From: an uncultured Octadecabacter sp.
GTDB taxonomy: Bacteria > Pseudomonadota > Alphaproteobacteria > Rhodobacterales > Rhodobacteraceae
NCBI GenBank assembly: GCA_937969445.1
Contig: CALBVZ010000020.1
Span: forward strand, 1 to 53,183
Direction: 5' to 3'
Length of the DNA stretch: 53,183 nt
The first letter of the stretch is position 1. Every line of letters starts with the position of its first letter. Position numbers and translations under genes: made by a program. Below the pieces are notes generated by a model that did not search any database, was not told the origin of the DNA, and worked only from the letters and a program-made list of their open reading frames with translations. This document shows, piece after piece, positions 1-9,790 of this stretch.

Positions 1-188
1 AGGCCGATGAGCAACCCGGAACGCTGAAGTATTCAGCCAAGGCGAACACGCTTGAATTGGTCTTAAAAGAAGCGGCTGGCCCGTTGTTTGGCGAAGTTGC
101 CCAAGCGCGACTAGACTCGCTCGCCAGTTCTCTGGGCGCTGAAGCCTCAGTTCGTGTCAAAGGCGCCCGCCGAACGAAAGCAGTCTAA
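1..188 (+). CDS. 3' end of probable Ppx/GppA exopolyphosphatase (partial)
   Basis: Open frame from position 3: ADEQPGTLKYSAKANTLELVLKEAAGPLFGEVAQARLDSLASSLG...KAV*, stop TAA 186-188. It resembles, from recall, the C-terminus of Rhodobacteraceae Ppx/GppA. Confidence 0.55.
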   Translation, partial: ADEQPGTLKYSAKANTLELVLKEAAGPLFGEVAQARLDSLASSLGAEASVRVKGARRTKAV

Positions 189-550
189 AGGTCGATGACT
201 TCGCCCATGTCGCGCGGTTCGTAGTCCGGCGCATCCGGACTGCGCCGGATGATGATATCCCCGTTTGGCAGGATCTCAGGACGTTCATAATACCGCACGG
301 AATCAAGCGTTTGGATCAACTCCATCAAGGCAGGCCCCATCTCGGTCGCGAGAAGTTCAAGCGCTGGCTCAAGCTCTCCGGCGAGGTCGGTAAAGTCATC
401 GATGGCCGGTTCCATGTCATTCATGATGCCCCGAAACAGAAGCTTCGCGCCCTCCTCCATCAACGAAAACCCTTCTTCAATCTCGCCCTCCTCTTGTGCA
501 AGGGCAGGAACGGGAAATGCGATGAGGGCGGCAAGGATGAGATGTTTCAT
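185..550 (-). CDS. Exported hypothetical protein
   Basis: Start moved to MKHLILAALIAFPVPALA-QEE (signal peptide). Acidic helical body ending YERPEILPNGDIIIRR. Confidence 0.8.
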   Translation of the reverse strand: MKHLILAALIAFPVPALAQEEGEIEEGFSLMEEGAKLLFRGIMNDMEPAIDDFTDLAGELEPALELLATEMGPALMELIQTLDSVRYYERPEILPNGDIIIRRSPDAPDYEPRDMGEVIDL

Positions 551-585
551 ATCCCCAATATAGGGACGCAGTCGCAACTTCTCAA
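551..585 (-). promoter_or_regulatory. Sigma70-like promoter, probably leaderless
   Basis: TTGAGA-17 nt-TATATT-6 nt-ATG(550). Confidence 0.55.
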
Positions 586-1587
586 TCAAAGCGGAATATC
601 TATTACGACTGGAAAATGATCAGAGGCCTGAAGGAGCGCGGCGCACAGGTCTTTGTTGGCAAAGCATTCGGGATCATCAAAAGGATGCATGATGCTCCAC
701 GTCGGGTTCATCGCCCGCACGTTTTCAGATACCATGATGTAATCCAGCAGCGCGGACAAAAAGTGGCGATCCTTACCGACTGTAAAACGCGCGGTCACTG
801 GCATCGCCCCGATCCGCTGAGACAGCGCAAATCGCGCATGTGGGTCAAACATCTGCTCGCCGTTGCCCTCGCCCAGAACAATTTCCACGCCAGACCGACC
901 GAACAGTTTCTCATACTCGTCCAAACCGGGGCCGTCGTTGAAATCCCCAAGAACGATCATTTTGTCGCCCGCCTCCAGATGCGCCTCAACGCGCTTGCGC
1001 AACCAAATGCATTGCGCCAGCTGTTTGCGTCGGTTGGCGATTGAAATACGCATGGCTTGCGCATCGTTGCGCGCTCCGTGGGGCGCTTTAGATTTGGCAT
1101 GCACCCCGATCAGCCGGAACACCGCGCCAGATGTATGCGTGACTTCAATTTCCAACGGTGGCTTTGACCATTTGACCGTGTCGAGCTGCGCATCGACATC
1201 AAGGTCCATCTTCATCGTCTCGTCGAAACGCGGTGCCCCATCTGTCCGCGGATCATGGCGCACGCTCAGAACGTCGGGGTCATAGAGGAATATGATTTCC
1301 TGTTGCGTTTCATTGACATAGCCAATGATCGCTTTGCGCGCTCTGATGCCGAATTTCGCGGCAAACCCTTCCAACGCGCCCGCCCCGTCACGGCGCGCAT
1401 GGCTGTCGGGCGCTTCAATGACCATCACCCCATCAGCATCCAGTGCCTGAAACACTGCGCCAAGTGCCGCCGTTTGCTGCGCACGCGTGACATCCCAACG
1501 CCCCGACCAACGGTCATCGTCGTAAAGGTTGCCCTCATCATCAAACAGGTTTGAAAACCACTCAACGTTGTAAGTTACAATCTTCAC
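586..1587 (-). CDS. Endonuclease/exonuclease/phosphatase (EEP) family protein
   Basis: Motifs TYNV, VHAKSK, LGDFND, LDYI, SDHFPV. Confidence 0.9.
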   Translation of the reverse strand: MKIVTYNVEWFSNLFDDEGNLYDDDRWSGRWDVTRAQQTAALGAVFQALDADGVMVIEAPDSHARRDGAGALEGFAAKFGIRARKAIIGYVNETQQEIIFLYDPDVLSVRHDPRTDGAPRFDETMKMDLDVDAQLDTVKWSKPPLEIEVTHTSGAVFRLIGVHAKSKAPHGARNDAQAMRISIANRRKQLAQCIWLRKRVEAHLEAGDKMIVLGDFNDGPGLDEYEKLFGRSGVEIVLGEGNGEQMFDPHARFALSQRIGAMPVTARFTVGKDRHFLSALLDYIMVSENVRAMNPTWSIMHPFDDPECFANKDLCAALLQASDHFPVVIDIPL

Positions 1588-2270
1588 GCGGCACCGCGCT
1601 CGTTGATCTCATCCCATGCACGGTTGATTGCGACCATCTTCTTCTCGGCCAGCTTCACCGCTTCTTCGGGAACCCCGCGTGCAATCATCTGGTCTGGGTG
1701 CGTTTCACGTACCAATTTCCGCCACGCTTTTCGCATGTCTTCCATGGACGTGTCTGCACTGACGCCCAGAACGTCGTATGGGTCGCGCTCCGCATCAGGA
1801 ACAAACTGCGCCCGCAGGCTCTTGAAGCGCGCATCATCCAGCCCGAAAATCTCAGCCACTCGGGCAAGAAACGCGTCTTCATTTGGATGATAATACCCAT
1901 CCGCAAGGGCGATGTGAAACAACCCCTCGATCAAATCGCACAGCGGTGCGGCAACATCATCACCATACATCGCTTTGATTTTATGAGCATAATCTTCGAA
2001 CCCAGCGACATCCGTACGCGCCAGATTAAACAGCTTTCCGGCGTTCTTTTCCTCACCGGGGGGAATCGTAAACACCTCGCGAAACGCCGTGACCTCATCG
2101 CGCGTGACTTGCCCGTCGGCCTTTGCCATCTTTGCGCCCAATGCAATGACAGCAATTGCAAACGCGACAGAACGCTCCGGCGGCGTGCGCAGCTTGGCAA
2201 AAACCTCTGAGAGGCCTTCGCCAGCGGTAAGGGACGACAGTGCGTCAGTGATACGGGTCCAAATCGACAT
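1584..2270 (-). CDS. djlA: DjlA-like co-chaperone (TerB domain plus C-terminal J domain)
   Basis: AKMAKADG, DPYDVLGV and HPD motifs; start set at MSIWTRI. Confidence 0.88.
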   Translation of the reverse strand: MSIWTRITDALSSLTAGEGLSEVFAKLRTPPERSVAFAIAVIALGAKMAKADGQVTRDEVTAFREVFTIPPGEEKNAGKLFNLARTDVAGFEDYAHKIKAMYGDDVAAPLCDLIEGLFHIALADGYYHPNEDAFLARVAEIFGLDDARFKSLRAQFVPDAERDPYDVLGVSADTSMEDMRKAWRKLVRETHPDQMIARGVPEEAVKLAEKKMVAINRAWDEINERGAA

Positions 2271-2302
2271 GGGGGCATTCTTACCCAATCCGTCGCGGGA
2301 TG

Positions 2303-2779
2303 TTAGAGCCGTTTTTGCATCAGTACGAGATCCATCCATCGATCAAACTTACGCCCGACTTCCCGAAGGATGGCGACCTGTTCAAACCCCAGCGCTTGAT
2401 GGAACGCGACGCCCGCCGCGTTCTCGGCGCAAACGCCTGCCACAAGCACATGGGTATCCGCGGCGCGGGCATGATCCATCAAATTCTGCATCAACGCCCG
2501 ACCCGCGCCCTGCCCCGATGCTTCAGGCGCAAGGATAATGGTATGTTCCATCGTATGGGCATATCCAATGCCTCCGCGAAACTGGTCGTATGTGGCAAAC
2601 CCCAAAACCGCTCCGCCAATCTCAACCACCAAAAAACACGGACGTTCCGCAATCATTTGCGTAACCTCGTTTGGTGTTTTTTCGATTGAGTTAAATGTCA
2701 CCACGGTTTCACGGATCTGCGGGTTCCAGAACGCGGCAATCGCTTCGCTGTCAATCTGGGTCGCTTTCCGAATATTCAT
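2303..2779 (-). CDS. GNAT N-acetyltransferase, Pat/YncA (phosphinothricin / methionine sulfoximine) type
   Basis: VTFN, GQGAGRALM, FHQALGF, EVGRKFDRWMDLVLMQ. Confidence 0.88.
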   Translation of the reverse strand: MNIRKATQIDSEAIAAFWNPQIRETVVTFNSIEKTPNEVTQMIAERPCFLVVEIGGAVLGFATYDQFRGGIGYAHTMEHTIILAPEASGQGAGRALMQNLMDHARAADTHVLVAGVCAENAAGVAFHQALGFEQVAILREVGRKFDRWMDLVLMQKRL

Positions 2780-3372
2780 AACGTTACCGTCCGGTTGCGG
2801 TTGCGAAACCGCGCCGACAGCGACACGTCGTCATCTGCGCGAAATGTAACCCTGTCATCCTTCAAGACACCAGCAAGCTGTGCCGCGATCTCAAGCGCCT
2901 TTGGGTGTCGCACGATAAGTTCTTCAAGCACCAACCTAGATGATCCGAGCAAAACACCGGGTGGCGCGTCAGTGTGCCACGACAAAACAGTAGGAAATCC
3001 GCCCCCCATGGGCAAAGATCCATCTGGCGGCACTCCCATGTCCCAGCGCAAATCGCCGCGTGACATTGGCACGGACTGCATGCCGTGCACCAACAGCGGT
3101 TGCAAAACATCAGGTTCGCAAATCCAGTTCACCAATCGCGGCGGGCCGCTAAAGTCATCCAAACCAAACCAACGCGGTCCATCACTGTTTGCTGCCGGAT
3201 CAATTGCGATCACCTCAAGGTAGATACCCCCGTGTAACGCGGCTAGCTTGTTATGGGTTCCATAGCGTTCATGTTTTCCGCCACCCTGAAATACGGTGCC
3301 CAATCGATCTTGCGCCCAAGCAACGCCTTCTTCCAACGTTTCAGCCGCAATCGCCAGATGGTCCAACCTCAT
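2776..3372 (-). CDS. VOC / glyoxalase-like family protein
   Basis: LDHLAI, GGKHERYGTHN, YLEVIAIDP. Confidence 0.85.
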   Translation of the reverse strand: MRLDHLAIAAETLEEGVAWAQDRLGTVFQGGGKHERYGTHNKLAALHGGIYLEVIAIDPAANSDGPRWFGLDDFSGPPRLVNWICEPDVLQPLLVHGMQSVPMSRGDLRWDMGVPPDGSLPMGGGFPTVLSWHTDAPPGVLLGSSRLVLEELIVRHPKALEIAAQLAGVLKDDRVTFRADDDVSLSARFRNRNRTVTL

Positions 3373-3381
3373 ATGCCGTCC

Positions 3382-3864
3382 CTAGTTCACCCAAATCCAA
3401 ACAGCCCAGAACGCACCGAAAAGCGTCGGGTAAAAACTGGCTGCAAACCCGAGCGAGCGTAGCGGAGGAGAGACATGATAGCCAACCCAGAACAGCAGAC
3501 GCGCGACAGCCATGCCAATTCCAAGCGCGAGGATCGATACCCCACCAAGGCTAAAGCCAACAAACGGCCAGACTAGCAGCGCAAGCACCATTTGCTCGGT
3601 CGTATTGCGCAAAACGCGTTCATCGATCTCTGCACGGGTGCCAGAAGCCGCAGTGTCGCCATCAATCAGGTCAGTATTGAAAAACCGCCGTGCTGCAAGG
3701 ACACCGATCATCATTGCCATAACCGCGCCAGGTATCAAAAATGCTGCGGGGATCGCCAATGCGGGGGGTATGAAAGGAAGCCCCAACCGCAACGGCAGCA
3801 ACACAATCGCGACGGCCCAGACCGCGCCAAGCGCCATCCCAATTGCTATGCCGATACGTTTCAC
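3382..3864 (-). CDS. MAPEG family membrane protein
   Basis: Four hydrophobic segments; RVLRNTTEQ; ARLLFWVGY; RSLGF. Confidence 0.8.
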   Translation of the reverse strand: MKRIGIAIGMALGAVWAVAIVLLPLRLGLPFIPPALAIPAAFLIPGAVMAMMIGVLAARRFFNTDLIDGDTAASGTRAEIDERVLRNTTEQMVLALLVWPFVGFSLGGVSILALGIGMAVARLLFWVGYHVSPPLRSLGFAASFYPTLFGAFWAVWIWVN

Positions 3865-5987
3865 GCGCGCGTGGCGCGGATCAACTTCAGAATGTCACGC
3901 GCCGCTTCTGGAATGTTTGTACCTGGTCCAAATATCGCTTTCACGCCAGCTTTCTTTAAGAAATCGTAGTCTTGCTGCGGAATAACCCCGCCACAGATGA
4001 CCAAAATATCCTCCGCGTCAGCGGCCTTTAACGCCTCAATCAACTTAGGTGCCAGTGTCTTATGCCCCGCCGCCTGTGATGAAATTCCGATCACATGCAC
4101 GTCGTTGTCTACGGCATCTTGTGCGGCTTCTTCCGGCGTTTGGAACAACGGCCCCACATCAACGTCAAATCCGATGTCGGCGAATGCCGTGGCGATAACT
4201 TTGGCGCCACGATCATGCCCGTCCTGGCCCATTTTAACGACCAACATACGAGGGCGGCGTCCTTCGGCCTCAGCGAAATCTTCTACGTCTTTCTGGATCG
4301 CCGCGAAGCCTTCGTCACCCTCATAGGCTGCGCCATAAACGCCAGCCAGTGTTTTTACTTCTGCGCGGTGACGGCCGAATACGTTTTCCATAGCCATGCT
4401 AATCTCCCCTACAGTTGCGCGATGACGCGCGGCTTCGACGGCGGCTTCGAGAACGTTACCACCCTCGCTCGCGCGGCGTTCGACTTCGGCTAAAGCCGCA
4501 TCGCATGCAGCCTGATCACGGGCAGCACGTAGCTTTTTAAGCCCCGCGACTTGACCTTCACGGACCGCATCATTGTCGATATCCATGATGTCGATTGGAT
4601 CTTCTTTATCAAGGCGATACTTATTCACGCCAACGATAACTTCGTCGCCACGGTCGATCATCGCTTGGCGCTTTGCCGCGGACTCCTCAATCCGCAGTTT
4701 AGGCATGCCGGACGCGACCGCCTTGGTCATGCCACCCATCTCTTCGACTTCTTCAATAATTTTCCACGCCTCGTCCGCCAGATCAGCGGTGAGTTTTTCG
4801 ACGTAGTAAGACCCTGCAAGTGGGTCGACCACATTGGTGACGCCAGTTTCTTCCTGCAAAATCAACTGGGTGTTCCGCGCGATACGGGCTGCAAATTCTG
4901 TCGGCAAGGCAATCGCTTCGTCCAATGCGTTGGTATGCAGCGACTGGGTGCCACCCAAAACCGCTGCCATCGCCTCATAGGCTGTGCGGACCACGTTGTT
5001 GTATGGGTCCTGTTCCTGCAAAGACACGCCAGACGTCTGACAGTGGGTGCGCAACATCGATGATTTCTCGGACTTCGGTTCGAATTCTGCCATGATTTTT
5101 GACCAAAGCAAACGGGCTGCACGCAGCTTGGCGGCTTCCATGAAGAAGTTCATACCAATGGCAAAGAAGAACGACAGGCGCGGCGCAAATTTGTCCACGT
5201 CCATGCCGCGTGCAATCGCCGTACGCACGTATTCGCGCCCGTCCGCCAGCGTGAATGCTAGTTCCTGAACAAGGTTCGCGCCCGCCTCCTGCATGTGGTA
5301 GCCCGAAATCGAAATTGAGTTGAATTTCGGCATCTCGTTGGCGGTGTATTCAATGATATCCGCGACCAGCTGCATCGACGGTTCCGGCGGGTACACGTAG
5401 GTGTTGCGCACCATAAACTCTTTCAGGATGTCGTTTTGGATCGTTCCTGACAAAACGCTACGATCATGTCCCTGCTCTTCGCCCGCAACGATAAAGTTCG
5501 CCAAGATCGGGATAACCGCACCATTCATCGTCATGGAAACGCTGACTTTATCCAGTGGGATACCGTCGAACAGAACTTTCATGTCCTCAACGGAATCGAT
5601 CGCAACGCCCGCCTTGCCGACATCGCCAACAACGCGCGGATGGTCACTGTCATAGCCACGGTGCGTCGCCAAATCGAAGGCAACAGACACACCTTGCTGT
5701 CCCGCAGCCAGTGCTTTGCGGTAAAATGCGTTGCTTTCTTCTGCGGTTGAAAAGCCCGCGTATTGACGAATGGTCCAAGGGCGGCCCGCGTACATCGTCG
5801 CCTTAACACCCCGCGTAAACGGTGCCTCGCCCGGCAAGGAACCAAGGTGGTCAAGGCCGGCGACGTCATCCACGCCATAAACAGGCTGGACGTCGATACC
5901 CTCAATCGTCTTCCACGTCAGGTTTTCTAGCGGCTTGCCACGTAGTTCAGCTTGCGCGCGTTCAGCCCATTCCTTTTTCGATCCCAT
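3861..5987 (-). CDS. scpA: Methylmalonyl-CoA mutase (B12-dependent)
   Basis: [11 protein letters not shown] and the B12-binding motif GQDGHDRG; start MGSKKEW after RBS AGAGGA. Confidence 0.97.
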   Translation of the reverse strand: MGSKKEWAERAQAELRGKPLENLTWKTIEGIDVQPVYGVDDVAGLDHLGSLPGEAPFTRGVKATMYAGRPWTIRQYAGFSTAEESNAFYRKALAAGQQGVSVAFDLATHRGYDSDHPRVVGDVGKAGVAIDSVEDMKVLFDGIPLDKVSVSMTMNGAVIPILANFIVAGEEQGHDRSVLSGTIQNDILKEFMVRNTYVYPPEPSMQLVADIIEYTANEMPKFNSISISGYHMQEAGANLVQELAFTLADGREYVRTAIARGMDVDKFAPRLSFFFAIGMNFFMEAAKLRAARLLWSKIMAEFEPKSEKSSMLRTHCQTSGVSLQEQDPYNNVVRTAYEAMAAVLGGTQSLHTNALDEAIALPTEFAARIARNTQLILQEETGVTNVVDPLAGSYYVEKLTADLADEAWKIIEEVEEMGGMTKAVASGMPKLRIEESAAKRQAMIDRGDEVIVGVNKYRLDKEDPIDIMDIDNDAVREGQVAGLKKLRAARDQAACDAALAEVERRASEGGNVLEAAVEAARHRATVGEISMAMENVFGRHRAEVKTLAGVYGAAYEGDEGFAAIQKDVEDFAEAEGRRPRMLVVKMGQDGHDRGAKVIATAFADIGFDVDVGPLFQTPEEAAQDAVDNDVHVIGISSQAAGHKTLAPKLIEALKAADAEDILVICGGVIPQQDYDFLKKAGVKAIFGPGTNIPEAARDILKLIRATRA

Positions 5988-6166
5988 CGGTTCGTCCTCT
6001 CTGTTTATCGTTTCAGCCAGCGCTGAAAACCGTGCAATGCCCCTTGGAAACCCCATGGCTCGGGTCTCCGACAGATCGGCTTATGCAAAAAATGTTGCGG
6101 TGTCCGGGCGATTTGCCCTTAGCCTTTTGGTCCGGCGTCCCTATATCATTGACATAGGGGGCGTTC

Positions 6167-6634
6167 ATGATCCGGATTTTAGCTTTATTTACTTGGGTGT
6201 TCACTGCATCCATTGCCACCGCGCAAGAGGCCGACACCCCGACCGTCGCTGCGGCATGGGCGAGCGACAAAACTGGGGTGTTTGATGCCACGTCTTTGGA
6301 CATCGACACCCTTATTTGGCTTGCGCGTCCCGTTGTTGTCTTTGCGGACAGCCCTAATGACCCGCGGTTTCGCCAGCAGATGGATCTGTTGCTTGAAAGC
6401 CCAGAGGCGCTTGCGGAACGTGATGTCATCATTCTGACAGACACCGACCCCGCCGCACAAAGCCCGCTGCGTACGCGTCTGCGCCCGCGCGGGTTTGGGT
6501 TGGTCATTATTGGTAAAGATGGCGAAGTAGAGCTGCGAAAACCCAACCCGTGGGACGTGCGCGAAATAACCCGGTCGATCGACAAGATGCCGCTCAGGCA
6601 GCAAGAAGTCGATGATCGTAGGTTTGAGCGATAA
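6167..6634 (+). CDS. Exported DUF4174-type protein
   Basis: Signal peptide; RPVVVFADSPNDP; IGKDGEVELR; IDKMPLRQQE. Confidence 0.8.
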   Translation: MIRILALFTWVFTASIATAQEADTPTVAAAWASDKTGVFDATSLDIDTLIWLARPVVVFADSPNDPRFRQQMDLLLESPEALAERDVIILTDTDPAAQSPLRTRLRPRGFGLVIIGKDGEVELRKPNPWDVREITRSIDKMPLRQQEVDDRRFER

Positions 6635-6652
6635 TACACACAGGTCACGGGT

Positions 6653-8695
6653 TTATTCGAACTCCATAATCACGTCATCAACAGCAAGATTGTCACCAGC
6701 TACTGCGTTGATCTTGGTCACAATTGAACGCTTCTCAGCGCGCAGATTGTTCTCCATTTTCATCGCTTCAACGGTACAAAGAACCTGCCCGTCTTGAACT
6801 TCGTCACCGACTTCTACGTCGATCTTCACGATCAATCCCGGCATCGGGCAAAGCAAAAGCTTGGACGTGTCCGGTGGCAGCTTTTCTGGCATCAGTGTCG
6901 CCAGTTCAGCCTGACGCGGTGTACGCACACGCACTGGCAGATCTGCCCCGCGATAACGCACACGGAACCCTGCTGAGATATGTCCGATCTTGAGGACCAG
7001 CGGTTCGCCATCCACCATAAGCTTCGCGAGCGGCTGCCCCGGCGTCCAATCGCTTTCAACGCGCATCGCTGTGCCATTGATTGTGACCGTCGCGCCTTGC
7101 TTGTCCGCATCGACATGTGCCTCCAGCGAACGCCCAGGAATTGTGACGACCCAATCTTCACCGATTTTACGTTCATGATTGCCCATGCGCCCAGAAATCT
7201 GCGTACGGCGGATTTCACACACGCGGTACATTGCGACCGTTGCCGCTGCGATCCGGTCCAAGGTGGCGTCTGGCAATTCCACACCGTCGAACCCATCGGG
7301 GAATTCTTCCTCGATAAAGGCAGTAGTCATGTTGCCAGTGGTGAATTTCTCATGGTCGTAAACCGCGCTTAGGAACGGGATGTTGTGGCCAATGCCCTCA
7401 ACCTCAAAGCTGTCCAACGCCACGCGCATTTCTTCAATCGCTTCTGCGCGGCTTGGGGCCCATGTACACAGCTTAGCGATCATCGGGTCATAATACATGG
7501 AGATTTCACCCCCATCATAAACGCCCGTGTCGTTGCGCACAGCATGCTTTCCCTCAGGGGCATCGCCCTGCCACTTGCCGTTTGCAACCAACGGTCCAGC
7601 CGCGACCTCCGCAGGTGGACGATACGCAGTCAAACGGCCAATGGATGGCAAGAACCCGCGATACGGGTCTTCTGCATAGAGCCGGCTTTCCATCGCCCAA
7701 CCTGTCAGTGTGACGTCCTTTTGTGCAATCTTCAGCTTTTCGCCATAGGCCACGCGGATCATCTGCTCAACAAGGTCAACGCCTGTGATCAGTTCGGTTA
7801 CAGGGTGTTCCACCTGCAAACGTGTATTCATTTCAAGGAAGTAGAAGTTACGATCACCATCAACGATGAATTCAACCGTACCCGCAGATGCGTAATCCAC
7901 GGCCTTGGCAAGCGCTACGGACTGCTCACCCATCGCTTTGCGGGTCGCCTCGTCCAAAAACGGCGATGGTGCCTCTTCGATAACCTTTTGCTGGCGGCGC
8001 TGAATGGAACATTCGCGCTCACCCAGATAGATGCCGTTACCATGTGTATCGCACAGCACCTGAATTTCGATGTGACGCGGTTGCGTGACGAACTTTTCGA
8101 TGAAGATACGGTCATCACCAAATGAATTGGCCGCTTCGTTCTTGGAAGACTGGAAACCCTCACGCGCGCCCTCATCATCCCAAGCGATCCGCATGCCCTT
8201 ACCACCGCCACCAGCGGAGGCTTTGATCATCACCGGATAACCGATTTTCTGAGAAATCTTAACAGCTTCCTCAGCGTCCTCGATCAAGCCCATGTGACCG
8301 GGAACGGTGGAAACTTTCGCGTCTTGCGCGATCTTTTTGGACGTAATCTTGTCGCCCATCTTTTCAATCGCGCCAACCGGTGGCCCGATGAACGCAACGC
8401 CAGCGGCAGACAGCGCTTCGGCGAACTTGGCGTTCTCTGACAAAAACCCATAGCCTGGATGCACAGCTTCTGCACCAGTTGCCTTGATCGCTTCCATGAT
8501 CTTGTCGATCACAATGTAGGACTGGTTCGCTGGGGGCGGCCCAATGTGGTACGCTTCATCCGCCATGGAAACATGCAGCGCGTTGCGGTCTGCATCTGAA
8601 TAGACTGCTACCGTTTTGATACCCATCTTACGGGCCGTCTTAATGACGCGGCAGGCGATTTCACCACGGTTGGCGATCAGGATTTTTTTGAACAT
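6653..8695 (-). CDS. pccA: Propionyl-CoA carboxylase alpha subunit (biotin carboxylase plus BCCP)
   Basis: ILIANRGEIA, HPGYGFLSEN, biotinylation motif EAMKM; clustered with pccB and mcm. Confidence 0.95.
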   Translation of the reverse strand: MFKKILIANRGEIACRVIKTARKMGIKTVAVYSDADRNALHVSMADEAYHIGPPPANQSYIVIDKIMEAIKATGAEAVHPGYGFLSENAKFAEALSAAGVAFIGPPVGAIEKMGDKITSKKIAQDAKVSTVPGHMGLIEDAEEAVKISQKIGYPVMIKASAGGGGKGMRIAWDDEGAREGFQSSKNEAANSFGDDRIFIEKFVTQPRHIEIQVLCDTHGNGIYLGERECSIQRRQQKVIEEAPSPFLDEATRKAMGEQSVALAKAVDYASAGTVEFIVDGDRNFYFLEMNTRLQVEHPVTELITGVDLVEQMIRVAYGEKLKIAQKDVTLTGWAMESRLYAEDPYRGFLPSIGRLTAYRPPAEVAAGPLVANGKWQGDAPEGKHAVRNDTGVYDGGEISMYYDPMIAKLCTWAPSRAEAIEEMRVALDSFEVEGIGHNIPFLSAVYDHEKFTTGNMTTAFIEEEFPDGFDGVELPDATLDRIAAATVAMYRVCEIRRTQISGRMGNHERKIGEDWVVTIPGRSLEAHVDADKQGATVTINGTAMRVESDWTPGQPLAKLMVDGEPLVLKIGHISAGFRVRYRGADLPVRVRTPRQAELATLMPEKLPPDTSKLLLCPMPGLIVKIDVEVGDEVQDGQVLCTVEAMKMENNLRAEKRSIVTKINAVAGDNLAVDDVIMEFE

Positions 8696-8714
8696 TGTTA
8701 GCCCCTTAGAATGC

Positions 8715-8749
8715 AAAACCGCCGCTCAGGGAGAATCCTGAACGGCGGT
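8715..8749 (-). terminator. Stem-loop directly upstream of the pccA RBS
   Basis: Minus strand ACCGCCGTTCAGG-ATTCTC-CCTGAGCGGCGGT followed by TTTG. Confidence 0.55.
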
Positions 8750-8787
8750 CAAAATGTGTAATCGCCCCAAATTGGGACGGGATGTTT

Positions 8788-8991
8788 TTAGCGGCAGATG
8801 CTTGTGACTTCGTCACAAAGCGCGCCAGCAGCGCCACCAACGATGGCCCCTGTGACAGCGTCGCCGCCAGTTGCGTCAGCGATGACTGCACCAGCTGCAG
8901 CGCCGGCAAGGCCGCGTTCAAGGTCGTTGTCGAGACAAGCGGAAAGCGAAGCGATTGCTGTCGCGGCGAGGATAAGACGGAATTTAAGCAT
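8788..8991 (-). CDS. Small glycine-zipper lipoprotein
   Basis: Lipobox LSAC; RGLAGAAAGA...TGAIVGGAAGALC; RBS AAGGG. Confidence 0.85.
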   Translation of the reverse strand: MLKFRLILAATAIASLSACLDNDLERGLAGAAAGAVIADATGGDAVTGAIVGGAAGALCDEVTSICR

Positions 8992-9121
8992 AGGTTACTG
9001 CCCTTATTTTGCATTGAAGTTTGCTTGGTTTTATTCGGCGTAGAATCGGCGTTTTGCCCCAGCAACACAAGCATTTTCTGCACCGCACGAAATGAGCGGC
9101 GGAAAACCTCCAAAGAGCGCA

Positions 9122-9227
9122 GGAAAAGAGATGTCGGCCTGAGCCCTGAAAAGGGATCAGACCGACGAGGGGAAGGGTAACGGTATTGACAATGTAGCGC
9201 GGTACTCTGGTCTAGTGAGCCGTCTAC
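9122..9227 (-). ncRNA. Candidate small RNA or structured leader
   Basis: Putative promoter ATGACA-17-AAATCT (9262-9234); 5' hairpin; unpaired CCCTTCCCCTC; 15-bp terminator-like stem (9133-9166) followed by ATCTCTTTT. Confidence 0.5.
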
Positions 9228-9352
9228 AAAATTAGATTTGCACAGCGAACCACGGCTGTCATCGACCTTCATCGTGGATTGCCCGAAGTGGGCCGATTCC
9301 CGCCAAAGTTGCAAATCTGTCGGCCAAAGTTCGCGCATGCAGGTCAACATCA

Positions 9353-9724
9353 TCAGTTCTGACCCGGCGCCCAATCAGGGCGAAAAATCTCAGGGAACGA
9401 CTGTTCAGCGCGCTTTAGGTCAACCTTAAGCAATGCCTCATAACTCTCTGGATCAAACGGATCTTCAGCAGGAACAACCTCACGGCCGAAGACGAAATTC
9501 AAACGTCCCGCATCAAGATTACCACGTTCAAACGGGATATCGCCAAAATGTTCTTTCAACGCCCACATAAAACCTTCGTCCGCACGGCGATCCGCAGGAC
9601 GGCGATCCGCATAGCGTTCGCGCTTGAACAATTTGGGTGGCAGCCCCTTTTTAACGGGACGGCGAATTGTGAATTGAAAATCTGAGCTCGGAAGGCGGCT
9701 AGGAAATCCGCGGTGCTTTTCCAT
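9353..9724 (-). CDS. Hypothetical protein
   Basis: RBS GGAGG before the ATG; protein-like composition (GFPSRLP...FERGNLDAGRL). Confidence 0.8.
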   Translation of the reverse strand: MEKHRGFPSRLPSSDFQFTIRRPVKKGLPPKLFKRERYADRRPADRRADEGFMWALKEHFGDIPFERGNLDAGRLNFVFGREVVPAEDPFDPESYEALLKVDLKRAEQSFPEIFRPDWAPGQN

Positions 9725-9757
9725 CAATTGACCCTCCGAGATGGGACAAGACGGGGT

Positions 9758-9781
9758 GGGACAGGCGTTGCCGCCTGCCCC
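9758..9781 (-). other. GNRA-tetraloop hairpin after the small lipoprotein gene
   Basis: GGGGCAGGCG-GCAA-CGCCTGTCCC, no U tract. Confidence 0.55.
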
Positions 9782-9790
9782 GAAAATTCT

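Noticed and set aside
2776-3372. VOC protein as methylmalonyl-CoA epimerase
   Set aside because: It is longer than a typical epimerase, and its motifs fit the glyoxalase-like GTHN/YLEVIA family.
5988-6166. Possible cobalamin riboswitch upstream of the B12-dependent mutase
   Set aside because: The region is short and shared with a divergent gene, and I found no B12-box or conserved core motifs.
8706-9374. 222-aa minus-strand ORF
   Set aside because: It overlaps the real lipoprotein gene in another frame, crosses a terminator-like hairpin and shows no recognisable protein features.
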